Below, one piece after another: positions 8,607 through 16,700 of a stretch of 25,178 nucleotides of DNA. Location of the stretch: contig JBIQJB010000016.1 of NCBI GenBank assembly GCA_044507735.1, forward strand, positions 24,828-50,005, in the 5' to 3' direction. Under the pieces are notes generated by a model that was not told the DNA's origin, searched no databases, and saw nothing but the letters and a program-made list of their open reading frames with translations. Numbering within the stretch: position 1 is the stretch's first letter; every line of letters begins with the position of its first letter. The DNA comes from Nitrosopumilales archaeon (GTDB lineage Archaea > Thermoproteota > Nitrososphaeria > Nitrososphaerales > Nitrososphaeraceae). The translations under genes were made by a program, and so were the position numbers.

Positions 8607-9749
8607 GTGATGAACCGCGCGGTACTGTTAGTCGCAATTTGCGCAGCTATTGCCGGCATTTCGTACGGGATGTACTCTCCTGTGGTGCCCGTATTTGCAA
8701 GAGACGAGCTTGCAGCCGACTATTCGCAGGTAGGCCTGATCGGGATGGTGAACTATCTGCCATACATGTTTGCGCCATTCTTCGTTGGCATACTGCTTGA
8801 CAGGATCAACAGATCGTCCATGCTGGTATCCGGGTTACTCCTCAACATCTTTTCAATATTCATGCTCACAACAGTCCAAACTGTGCCAGATCTAATGTTC
8901 TACAGGGCGCTTGCAGGCGTAGGTCATGCCTTTTTTTGGCCTTCGGCAGAGGTGTTGATCTCTACCAACTCACCGCCCAACGGGAGAGTAAAGAGCATAT
9001 CGATGTTCATTGCCTCCTGGATCCTGGGCTTTATGGTTGGCCCACTATTCGGCAAACTGGTGCTGGATATGTACGACTTTGATACACTCTTTCAGACCTC
9101 TGCAATAATGATGGCTGCCGGCATCGCACCATCTGTCTTTTTGCGCAAGTTCGGCTGGCCTGCAGTGCAGAAGGATCTCGAAGTCCGGACTGGCATGACG
9201 CAAATTGTCAAAGAGGTAACCACCCACCCCGCGCTCAGCTCTGTCATACTCTACTATGCGATTACTTTCGGAGTAGTACTTGCCGTGCTCCCTGCATATA
9301 TGAGCGAGGCATCGCTAACAAGCCAAGACATCGAGATCCTATTTTTCGTGTTTGGCATCGCACGTTTTGCTACTCTTGTGATGGTGCCCAAGATTTCAGG
9401 ACACGAAGTGCTTGCACTGGTACTGGCCGTGGCGGCCACCGCAATTGCAATGTTCCTCTCGTTTGCATTTACCTCCGTCTTGTCATTTGCAGTCGCAATT
9501 GCGCTAGTCGGCCTTGCCACAAGCATCTTTTACCCTGTGACGTTCAGCTTGGTGACTCGGAATACGCCGTCAGGGCAGATTGGTGCCAAGCTTGGAGTGT
9601 TTAACGCCCTTTTTGGTGCGGGCTGGACCGCCGGACCAGTGATGGCAGGCATCGCGTCAGATGCATTTGGCTCTGGTAGCCCTTACTTTGCATTTGCCAT
9701 TGTAGGCGGCATTCTTGCCGGATCTATCACAGTGATCAAAAGGAGGTAA
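8607..9749 (+). CDS. Major facilitator superfamily transporter
   Basis: About 12 hydrophobic segments; motif A-like GILLDRINR; YRALAGVG; GFMVGPLFG; GIASDAFG. Confidence 0.92.
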   Translation: MMNRAVLLVAICAAIAGISYGMYSPVVPVFARDELAADYSQVGLIGMVNYLPYMFAPFFVGILLDRINRSSMLVSGLLLNIFSIFMLTTVQTVPDLMFYRALAGVGHAFFWPSAEVLISTNSPPNGRVKSISMFIASWILGFMVGPLFGKLVLDMYDFDTLFQTSAIMMAAGIAPSVFLRKFGWPAVQKDLEVRTGMTQIVKEVTTHPALSSVILYYAITFGVVLAVLPAYMSEASLTSQDIEILFFVFGIARFATLVMVPKISGHEVLALVLAVAATAIAMFLSFAFTSVLSFAVAIALVGLATSIFYPVTFSLVTRNTPSGQIGAKLGVFNALFGAGWTAGPVMAGIASDAFGSGSPYFAFAIVGGILAGSITVIKRR

Positions 9750-9840
9750 TGTCTTTTGGGCATAAGGTGCTAGGTTGTGTGTGCATAGTCGAAGGGACGA
9801 GCTTGAAGATCAAGTGCCTGAATATGGCTTTGAAGCGCTG

Positions 9841-10137
9841 ATGAGCATGATTGAGAACAAAGAAGAACTGTTGAGAGCATTAAGAGAAGTGAGCAAGCGC
9901 TATTCCACAATTTAGCACAGATACATGCTATTCGAACACTGCAAGAAGCATTTGGGAGATATACAATCCAATCTATATCTCTGTGGCTTTGATTCGATTT
10001 GTCATGCCAACACCAAGAATTCATGGATCTTTGGTGGCTCCAATCATATGTCCTGGGTTGACATAGTCCACATCTGTCTGAGGAGATATCCGGAGCAGAT
10101 GCGATTGCGAGACTGTCCAAAGGTACGATCCTCCTGA
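9841..10137 (+). pseudogene. Possible degraded ORF interrupted by one in-frame TAG
   Basis: MSMIENKEELLRALREVSKRYSTI, TAG at 9913-9915, then HRYMLFEHCKKHLG... in the same frame; no family recognised. Confidence 0.25.
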
Positions 10138-10167
10138 CATGAGGGGTTCTCGCAGTGACTGGCAATA

Positions 10168-10788
10168 CTAGACGATCAAGACCTTGCGGCCCAGCACTCT
10201 AAGTTTGTCTTCGCAAAACAGCCGGACTGCCTCTGGATACAGTTGGTGCTCCTGCTCTAGTATTCTTGCAGACAATGTATCTTCTGTGTCATTGTCCATA
10301 ACCGGCACTGCTCTTTGCAATATTATCGGTCCAGAGTCAACTCCTTCGTCTACAAAATGGACGGTGCACCCGGTGATCTTGACCCCGGCGTCAAGGGCCT
10401 GCTTTTGCGCATGAAGTCCTGGGAATGAGGGCAGTAGTGCTGGATGGATGTTTATTATTCGCATTCTGTACTGCCTGACAAATTCGGGGCTGATTATCCT
10501 CATAAAACCAGCGAGGCACACCAGCCCGGAATCGGGCGTGACTCCGTGCTCTTTCAGCGCGGTTACTACCTTGTGGTCATAGTCCCAGCCCTTTAGTCCT
10601 TCTGGTGGTATGACCTTTGTCGGAACCTGGTATTTTTCTGAAGCGATCTTCAAGCCCGCGGCATCGGGCTTGTTTGAAATGACTACCGAGGGCTGGACGT
10701 TTCTTATCTTGCCTGACTTGATCGCGGCAAGTATTGCGTCCATGTTGCTCCCTCTGCCCGAGATAAGTATGCCGAGTTTGTTGACCAA
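10168..10788 (-). CDS. purN: Phosphoribosylglycinamide formyltransferase
   Basis: LISGRGSNM, LAGFMRI, INIHPALLPSFPG, GCTVHFVDEGVDSGPII, EHQLYP. Start moved to TTG 10788 to remove overlap with the upstream gene. Confidence 0.97.
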   Translation of the reverse strand: MVNKLGILISGRGSNMDAILAAIKSGKIRNVQPSVVISNKPDAAGLKIASEKYQVPTKVIPPEGLKGWDYDHKVVTALKEHGVTPDSGLVCLAGFMRIISPEFVRQYRMRIINIHPALLPSFPGLHAQKQALDAGVKITGCTVHFVDEGVDSGPIILQRAVPVMDNDTEDTLSARILEQEHQLYPEAVRLFCEDKLRVLGRKVLIV

Positions 10789-10823
10789 TTGCGCTCTAGG
10801 CAGATCTCGCTTGTATCCTATTC

Positions 10824-11291
10824 TTAAATGTCGCTGGCTGCGACCTTTGTCGGCTCCTTTATCCTTGCAAAGTAGATCATGAATCCGAGCCATGAGGTGA
10901 CTTGGAGTGCCGTGATGTACACGTCGATTGCACCAGATGCATAGATCGGAGTAAAGAATCCTTCAAGGATTACCTTGGCCGACTGGTCTACAAAGTATGC
11001 CAAACCAACTGAAAGTATGGCATAGTGCTTTCTCGCAAGGAGCCAGGCCGCCATGATTCCCATGCTGCCTACCACACCGAGGACTCCGCCCATCCCATTA
11101 TAGGCAAAACTGTCGACCGGTCTACCGAAGCACACCATATGGCCACCAGTTACGTCGATCCATATCGCGTAGTCAAATCCGCTTGACGTGCAGACAAGAA
11201 CATGGCCCAGCTCGTGGATGAGGCTGATCGGAATACTTAACGCAAAGTACAGAAGAACGGACCACAATATTACCTGCCGACTAAGCTTCAC
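10824..11291 (-). CDS. Small membrane protein with HExxH motif (M50-like/zincin metallopeptidase candidate)
   Basis: IHELGHVLV directly after the N-terminal TM helix; several further hydrophobic segments; GTG start. Confidence 0.7.
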   Translation of the reverse strand: MKLSRQVILWSVLLYFALSIPISLIHELGHVLVCTSSGFDYAIWIDVTGGHMVCFGRPVDSFAYNGMGGVLGVVGSMGIMAAWLLARKHYAILSVGLAYFVDQSAKVILEGFFTPIYASGAIDVYITALQVTSWLGFMIYFARIKEPTKVAASDI

Positions 11292-12061
11292 TAGTGTTAT
11301 TCAAGCGCATGATGGTGCTTTTAGCTTTCCTTTCATGATTGGCCGTCCATGTCGTCGTGATCTTATTGATTGACATTTCGCATGTTGTTGTGGAGAATTT
11401 TGGCCGCAAAGATTCTCTGTCATTCGTGGCGGTGATGGATTAGTCACCATCGTGTTCATGCAGCTCGTTGGCGATATGTGCGGCATCGTCCAATCCTGCG
11501 AATCTGTTGCGAAGGAAGCGAATCTGAAGGCGAAAGGTATCTCAAGGATTCGGTTTGGTGCATGCAGAGTCCACGGCCTTATCGCAAAGGGAGCCTGAAT
11601 CATTTCCCTTAGGGCGGGGGAATGTGCGAGCAGCGTGAAGCATATTGAGCCATGCTGCTATCTGTGTACGTAAGACCAAGAAACGAGCCCTACTTGCCGG
11701 CCCCAATTGGGCGACCGGCTTTCGAGCAACAGACAACGTCTACCCTGCAAAGTATTGATCAGTCATCGCAGTTATGCACTTCGATGCCTTGTTAGCATTG
11801 AGTATTCTGAACACGAGATATGAAGAATAAAAAGTGGAGGGAGGGAGCAACCAATCAATCAATTATTTCTTTCCACCGACAGATGCGTTAGAGACTAGTT
11901 TTCAAACGCGAACAAGCAGTCTATATTCAAAACATTATGATCCCTTTTGATTAGCAACCTTGATGTGCGTAAGTGATTAGCTGTCGTTAGTCATAGAAGT
12001 CACACGTTGTGCAACAAATATTGTACAAATTATATCCTAGCCTTACAATTTGGACATTATA

Positions 12062-12134
12062 GAGATATATTGATCCTGAATCCGATCAAATACAGATATA
12101 TCGACAGTTAACGAAGCTCTTTTCAAGAGGTGAT
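12062..12134 (+). promoter_or_regulatory. amoC promoter candidates and Shine-Dalgarno site
   Basis: TATA-like GATATATATT near 12062-12071 and GATATATC near 12095-12102; GAGGTGAT at 12127-12134, 7 nt before ATG 12142. Confidence 0.65.
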
Positions 12135-12141
12135 AGAAAAA

Positions 12142-12705
12142 ATGGCACAAATGCCTGCACTGATACCAAAGGAAGTCGAGATCCAAAGACTGAAAAAGAT
12201 CTACATCATGGTCATCATGCTGGGTTCAATCGCAGCCTCAGTAGAGGTCGACAACTTTGTCGACGGCTCGCTGCACCAGACAACCATACGCGATTCTGCA
12301 TTTACTCCGGCCCACTGGTGGCTATACAGCCACTTCGTAGCTCTCCCGCTTGGTTGGGGCTTTGTCGCAATGTACGACAGAAGGGTACCCATACTCCGCG
12401 GACCTGGCAACTCTATGAACACCGGTCTGAAGCTGACCATCCTTGGCTACCTGGCCACGATGTTCACAATCGGTGTCAATGAGCTGTGGCACTTCTGGTT
12501 TGTCGAAGAAATCTTTGCAGTTCCCAACCACTGGATGTTCAACATGGGTGTCGTCGTGGCATTCATGGGCGCTCTGGCATACGTAGTCAGAGTATACGCC
12601 AGGCTCGTCGAACTGGGTGCAGAAACACCTGCGAAGAACCCGTATGTGGCTGAGATGTACAAGCTAGCGCTCGAAGGCAAGCTGTACAGCAGGTCCATTC
12701 CTTAG
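12142..12705 (+). CDS. amoC: Ammonia monooxygenase subunit C (archaeal), stand-alone copy
   Basis: MAQMPALIPKEVEIQRLKK N-terminus; VDGSLHQTTIRDSAFTPAHW carrying the D-x3-H-x12-H metal ligands; NELWHFWFVEEIFAVPNHW; 187 aa. The track's GTG start at 12130 falls inside the SD sequence. Confidence 0.98.
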   Translation: MAQMPALIPKEVEIQRLKKIYIMVIMLGSIAASVEVDNFVDGSLHQTTIRDSAFTPAHWWLYSHFVALPLGWGFVAMYDRRVPILRGPGNSMNTGLKLTILGYLATMFTIGVNELWHFWFVEEIFAVPNHWMFNMGVVVAFMGALAYVVRVYARLVELGAETPAKNPYVAEMYKLALEGKLYSRSIP

Positions 12706-12724
12706 GTATCAGCATCTGCGAACC

Positions 12725-12787
12725 ATGGGTGCGTGGGAGCGCCGGGATTATTTTTCGTTCATCCGCGTGTCGGTCTCCCTCGCCCAT
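12725..12787 (+). terminator. Long imperfect stem-loop in the amoC 3' region enclosing a T-tract
   Basis: ATGGG/CCCAT, GGGAG/CTCCC and GCCGG/TCGGT arms pair, with TTATTTTT inside. A terminator or stability role is inferred. Confidence 0.45.
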
Positions 12788-12917
12788 AAATTACTTAATT
12801 TATGCAGAATTCTGTTAAACATGATTTTTCGAAAAACACGTTCATTGCCAACGAGACCGCCAGTAGCTACTAAATGTTAAAATACTCACAGTCAGCTAGG
12901 CATGACAGCTCGGGATT

Positions 12918-13949
12918 ATGGGGAGGGTTGCGCTTGGTCAGTCTGGTATCATGGTGAAACAGGATAGCGGCGCCACAATAGCACTCGATCCATCTCATCC
13001 TATTGATTGTGATTTCACTTTTGTTTCTCATGCACACGTCGACCATCTGCACAAACGCGGCAGGAAAAAGATCAAAACAAGGATTCTTTCCTCAAGAGAG
13101 ACTACATTGATTGCCCATGCAAGAGGCTATGAGATCACCGACGCCTCCGAAGAGCATGATGGCTTTCAGCTAGTTGATACGGGCCATATCCTGGGCTCGC
13201 GTGGACTCTTGATAGGGGAGGACGAGGTCTACTACACCGGCGACATCTCTGTCAGGGAGCGGGCATTCATGAAGGGCGCAAAGATGCCTCACGCGAAAAC
13301 CTTGATAATCGAATCTACATTTGGCCGGCCCGAATATGTTTTTCCAGAAATTTCAGAAGTGACGCACAAGACAAACAAGATAATCTCCGAAATGTACGAC
13401 CTTGGCAAGCCTGTCATACTCATGGGCTATACGCTCGGCAAGGCTCAGCTTTTGACAAAGCTGTTTGACCACTGGGACCCGATAATCCACGATTCGGTAC
13501 ACAGGATAAACTCAGTCTATTCCGAGCTTGGAGTGGAGCTGTCAAGAAATACCATGACACACTCTCAGGCTCAAGAAAAGGGACTCCTCTCAAGGGGACC
13601 ATGGGTCATGGTTGCGCCGCTGATGTCTAACCGCAGCGCATTCGTCAAAGAAATGAAGGATAAGTACGACGCGATCACAATCGGCTTTAGCGGCTGGGCA
13701 GTTGGAAGTAGGTATCGCTACATGATGGGGCTCGATTATGTAATGCCGCTGTCTGACCATTGTGATTACAAAGAGCTAGTGCTTGCAGTAAAGAGGTGTA
13801 GGCCAGAAAAAATATACACATTCCACGGATTTGCGGCAGAATTTGCTGAGTCGCTGTGTCAAATGGGCTTTGATGCTGAGCCTATTGACAGCAACAAGCA
13901 TGCCGGTGGCAAAAAGACGAAGACCCTCTCGCTCGACTCCTTCCGGTAG
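12918..13949 (+). CDS. Metallo-beta-lactamase-fold beta-CASP nuclease (COG1236-like)
   Basis: SHAHVDHL, GHILGS, YTGD, IESTFG, LGKAQ, LSDHCD, TFHG. Confidence 0.92.
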   Translation: MGRVALGQSGIMVKQDSGATIALDPSHPIDCDFTFVSHAHVDHLHKRGRKKIKTRILSSRETTLIAHARGYEITDASEEHDGFQLVDTGHILGSRGLLIGEDEVYYTGDISVRERAFMKGAKMPHAKTLIIESTFGRPEYVFPEISEVTHKTNKIISEMYDLGKPVILMGYTLGKAQLLTKLFDHWDPIIHDSVHRINSVYSELGVELSRNTMTHSQAQEKGLLSRGPWVMVAPLMSNRSAFVKEMKDKYDAITIGFSGWAVGSRYRYMMGLDYVMPLSDHCDYKELVLAVKRCRPEKIYTFHGFAAEFAESLCQMGFDAEPIDSNKHAGGKKTKTLSLDSFR

Positions 13950-14624
13950 TTCAACTCTGTCATCATCATTTCTTCTTGGCTACTTGATTTTTCATATTGC
14001 TTCTGTCATCTCGTGGTTGTCCGCGAGCACGGGCTTGCTGGTCAAAAGAATTGATGCGGCACAACTGGTGAGGTTTATTGCCACTCTTTTCCACTAGCGC
14101 TAGTCTACGGCGCGTCTGTGTCGGCTAACCACAGCCCGACGAACTGTTGATTCGTCGACAATATCTGGTGAGGCACCAACAAGTGCATTGGATGAGCAGG
14201 ATGGGTAAGAGGGTGAACTTGGTTCTATCCCTTTTCACTCTTCAGTCCAAGGGCGTATCTTGGGGATTCTTATGGTGAGTATGTAGGCTGAAAGGAACTG
14301 TGGGAAAATCATCACGCGCCTACTTTGGGAAATATTCTTGATCTGTTGTAAGGCAAAGGGACCGCGTCGCCGAGATTATCTGCAAAACAGAAACTAGTTG
14401 CGCATTTCACACCAATATACTGCGCTGCCCTCACTCGACGGCTCTTCACTATCAAAAATGGAAGTACGTGCCCCCGTGGAATTATGCAGTCGCTTGCATC
14501 ATGCATCATTTCTCACAGTGGGACTTGGATGTCTTTGAATGAAAAATTAGGATATAGTGTGCCTAAAGCGCCAGTAACCTACCAAAAGGCTGAACTGGAA
14601 ACATGCACACATGCTCCTACTCTC

Positions 14625-15707
14625 TTACTTTTCGAGCTGTTCTCTAAAGTAGGGGATTACCTTGTTTCCAAACTGCTCGATGCTTCTAAAGTATCCCTCT
14701 CCCCAGAAGCGTATGATAAAGTGGTTCGTTCCAGCTTTGATGAATCGCTCCAGCATGGCAATCACATCATCTGGTTTGCCCACTCCTATAGCAGTGCGAG
14801 CCACACTGTCGGGTATCTTCATTGCGGCGCGCTTCATCTGTTCCATCAGCTCAGGCTTGTTCATGGCATACTCTGTGAAATACTTACGAAAGTCAAATTC
14901 CGAGTCTTGCTCGATGTTGTGAACCTTTAGGAGCTCCGGCTTGAATAGGCTCACCTTGACTGCGTTCTTCATTTTGTTCCAAGCTTCCTCGCCATCATCA
15001 GTAAAGTAAATGTCGACATCGTTTGCAAACTGGAAATGTGAAAGGTCCCTGCCTATCTTCTTAGCATGTTCGCGGATGACATTGGCATGGTGTTTGAAGA
15101 GTTCGGGCGTATAGCCTATTGGGATCCAACCGTCGCCATAGGTGGCGCACAGTTCCAGGGTCTTTGGTGCCCCTGCTGCGATATAGACTGGCGGCCTTGG
15201 CTTTCGGATGCTCTTTGCCTGGAGGCATGCATTGATTAGCTTGTAGTATTGGCCATTGTAATTAACGCGGTGATCCGGGTCGGAATCAAAGAGCAGTTCA
15301 ATGACTTCAAGCTGTTCCTTGAACTTCGTCACCGGCTTTGAAAACTCGATGCCAAAGTCGACGACGTTCTGGGCCTCTCCCGCGCCGATCCCGAGTATGC
15401 CCCTTCCCAAGGTTATGCGGTCAAGGGTTATTGCAGAAAGCGCTATCGCAGATGGGTGCCGGCGAATTGCGTCGGTGACGCATGTTCCAAGCTCTACGTT
15501 CCTTGTAATGGCTCCGAGAGCTGCGAGCATCAGCCACGCATCATTGACGACGGCATTCTTCCACTGTGGAACGTTTGAATGGTCCATGGCCCATATCGAG
15601 TCATAGCCCAGTCTGTCTGCCATCTGAGCCGCAGTCATGATCTGCTGCTCGTCCAATCCAAGGCGGGCGACATTAAGCCCCTGCGTAAATCCGAATTTCA
15701 CCTTCAA
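14625..15707 (-). CDS. LLM-class (luciferase-like) flavin/F420-dependent oxidoreductase
   Basis: ADRLGYDSIWAMDH, LGTCVTDAIRRHP, GRGILGIGAG, PPVYIAA, YGDGWIP. TTG start. Confidence 0.93.
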   Translation of the reverse strand: MKVKFGFTQGLNVARLGLDEQQIMTAAQMADRLGYDSIWAMDHSNVPQWKNAVVNDAWLMLAALGAITRNVELGTCVTDAIRRHPSAIALSAITLDRITLGRGILGIGAGEAQNVVDFGIEFSKPVTKFKEQLEVIELLFDSDPDHRVNYNGQYYKLINACLQAKSIRKPRPPVYIAAGAPKTLELCATYGDGWIPIGYTPELFKHHANVIREHAKKIGRDLSHFQFANDVDIYFTDDGEEAWNKMKNAVKVSLFKPELLKVHNIEQDSEFDFRKYFTEYAMNKPELMEQMKRAAMKIPDSVARTAIGVGKPDDVIAMLERFIKAGTNHFIIRFWGEGYFRSIEQFGNKVIPYFREQLEK

Positions 15708-15896
15708 AGTGCGAATCCTCCGAATGCGAAATAGCCATCAATACCCATTTTACACTAAACAATCTGGATGCTGTATTTTAAGTCTTTGAATGCCGGAACC
15801 GATTTTCTCATGCCGGATTTGTCAATATAATATATTCAAACTGTCAACAGTGCTTGAATTACCATGTAAAATCTGAAGTGCGTAATTTCCCTCCAA

Positions 15897-16127
15897 ATGT
15901 TTGGGAGCAAGGACGGTGTCGATGAACAATTCATGGGGATAATAGATGACCTTGTGGTCATGTCCGAGAACGACTCCGAACTTGCCGAGGGCCTCAAGTG
16001 GATCGATGCTCAATCGCAAAAGAACGGCATCACTTTTTACGAGATGGCCATGATGATCCTAAAAAAACACGTGGCAGAGAGAAGAGCCAAGGACTGGCTG
16101 AGAAACAAGGTCAATGGATGGCAGTAA
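15897..16127 (+). CDS. Small hypothetical protein (76 aa, helical)
   Basis: ATG start, protein-like amphipathic composition (ELAEGLKWID..GITFYEM), AT-rich promoter-like region upstream. Resembles small conserved thaumarchaeal proteins, from memory and unverified. Confidence 0.75.
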   Translation: MFGSKDGVDEQFMGIIDDLVVMSENDSELAEGLKWIDAQSQKNGITFYEMAMMILKKHVAERRAKDWLRNKVNGWQ

Positions 16128-16601
16128 CAATAGCTGAGCGCACAGCCTTGTTTACTGTTTCTTCAATTCTTTGATCTGTTACATCCCGTATGGTATTGAA
16201 CGGACCTGCTTATCCTTTGGTATGAGGTCTGCCGGTGCGTATGCTACGTTGATGAGAATCTGTTGGCTCACCCTGCGTATGCGATTTTCAAGGATCGCTC
16301 TCATTGTGAATGGAGATACAGGGGCGTTGTTGGCCCTGTTCCGAAACTTGTAGCTGCCCGTAGCTATCACCCTCGTCTCTGCTGGGCTATTCTTCGTAAA
16401 GCGGATGTCACTATGGCAATGTTGTTTGACTTATTTGTACATTCGAAAACCTTCTGCCTGCCAGCCGCGATTTCGTTACAGACTTGGGCTACACGCGGTG
16501 TATAGGCGATGTTGATGTCACGGGGCGATCTTGCAGAGACCTCTCTTGCTGATTTCTATCTTGCCCAGCAGACGCCCGTGAAACTTAAGCGCCTCATCCA
16601 T
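16111..16601 (-). pseudogene. NAD(P)-dependent malic enzyme pseudogene (frameshifted, large internal deletion)
   Basis: Fragments in shifting frames: MDEALKFHGRLLGKIEI / SPRDINIAYTPRVAQVCNEIAAGRQKVFECTNKSNNIAIVT / RVIATGSYKFRNRANNAPVSPFTMRAILENRIRRVSQQILINVAYA / DVTDQRIEETVNKAVRSA. These echo malic enzyme consensus blocks (LAYTPGVA..C..I; YT.KGN.VAVVTDG; VATGRSD.PNQ.NN.L.FP..FRG.L; D.RV...VA.AV). Confidence 0.85.
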
Positions 16602-16700
16602 TAGGATAGCCTTGCGGCGATTACCACAACATCTCTTTTTTCCTAGATCCTGCTGCAAAATCGCCGATTAGTTATTGCCCTCGCTCTGGCATGCTGCCTC

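Noticed and set aside
9913-9915. Pyrrolysine or other stop-codon readthrough
   Set aside because: No pyl genes in the window and none known to me for this lineage; a nonsense mutation or chance is simpler.
10789-10893. N-terminal extension of purN in the track
   Set aside because: It overlaps the upstream gene; the PurN fold begins at KLGILISGRGSN.
12918-13949. Ligase-associated DNA damage response operon (exonuclease, ligase, Lhr helicase, phosphoesterase)
   Set aside because: No ATP-dependent ligase, Lhr helicase or metallophosphoesterase is adjacent.
14340-14400. Possible RNase P or SRP RNA (contains AAACAGAA)
   Set aside because: No GAGGAAAGUCC-type P4 partner or SRP helix-8 motif was found, and it is not GC-rich enough.
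16130-16700. Transposase remnant
   Set aside because: No inverted repeats or DDE/TnpB motifs; the fragments fit malic enzyme instead.
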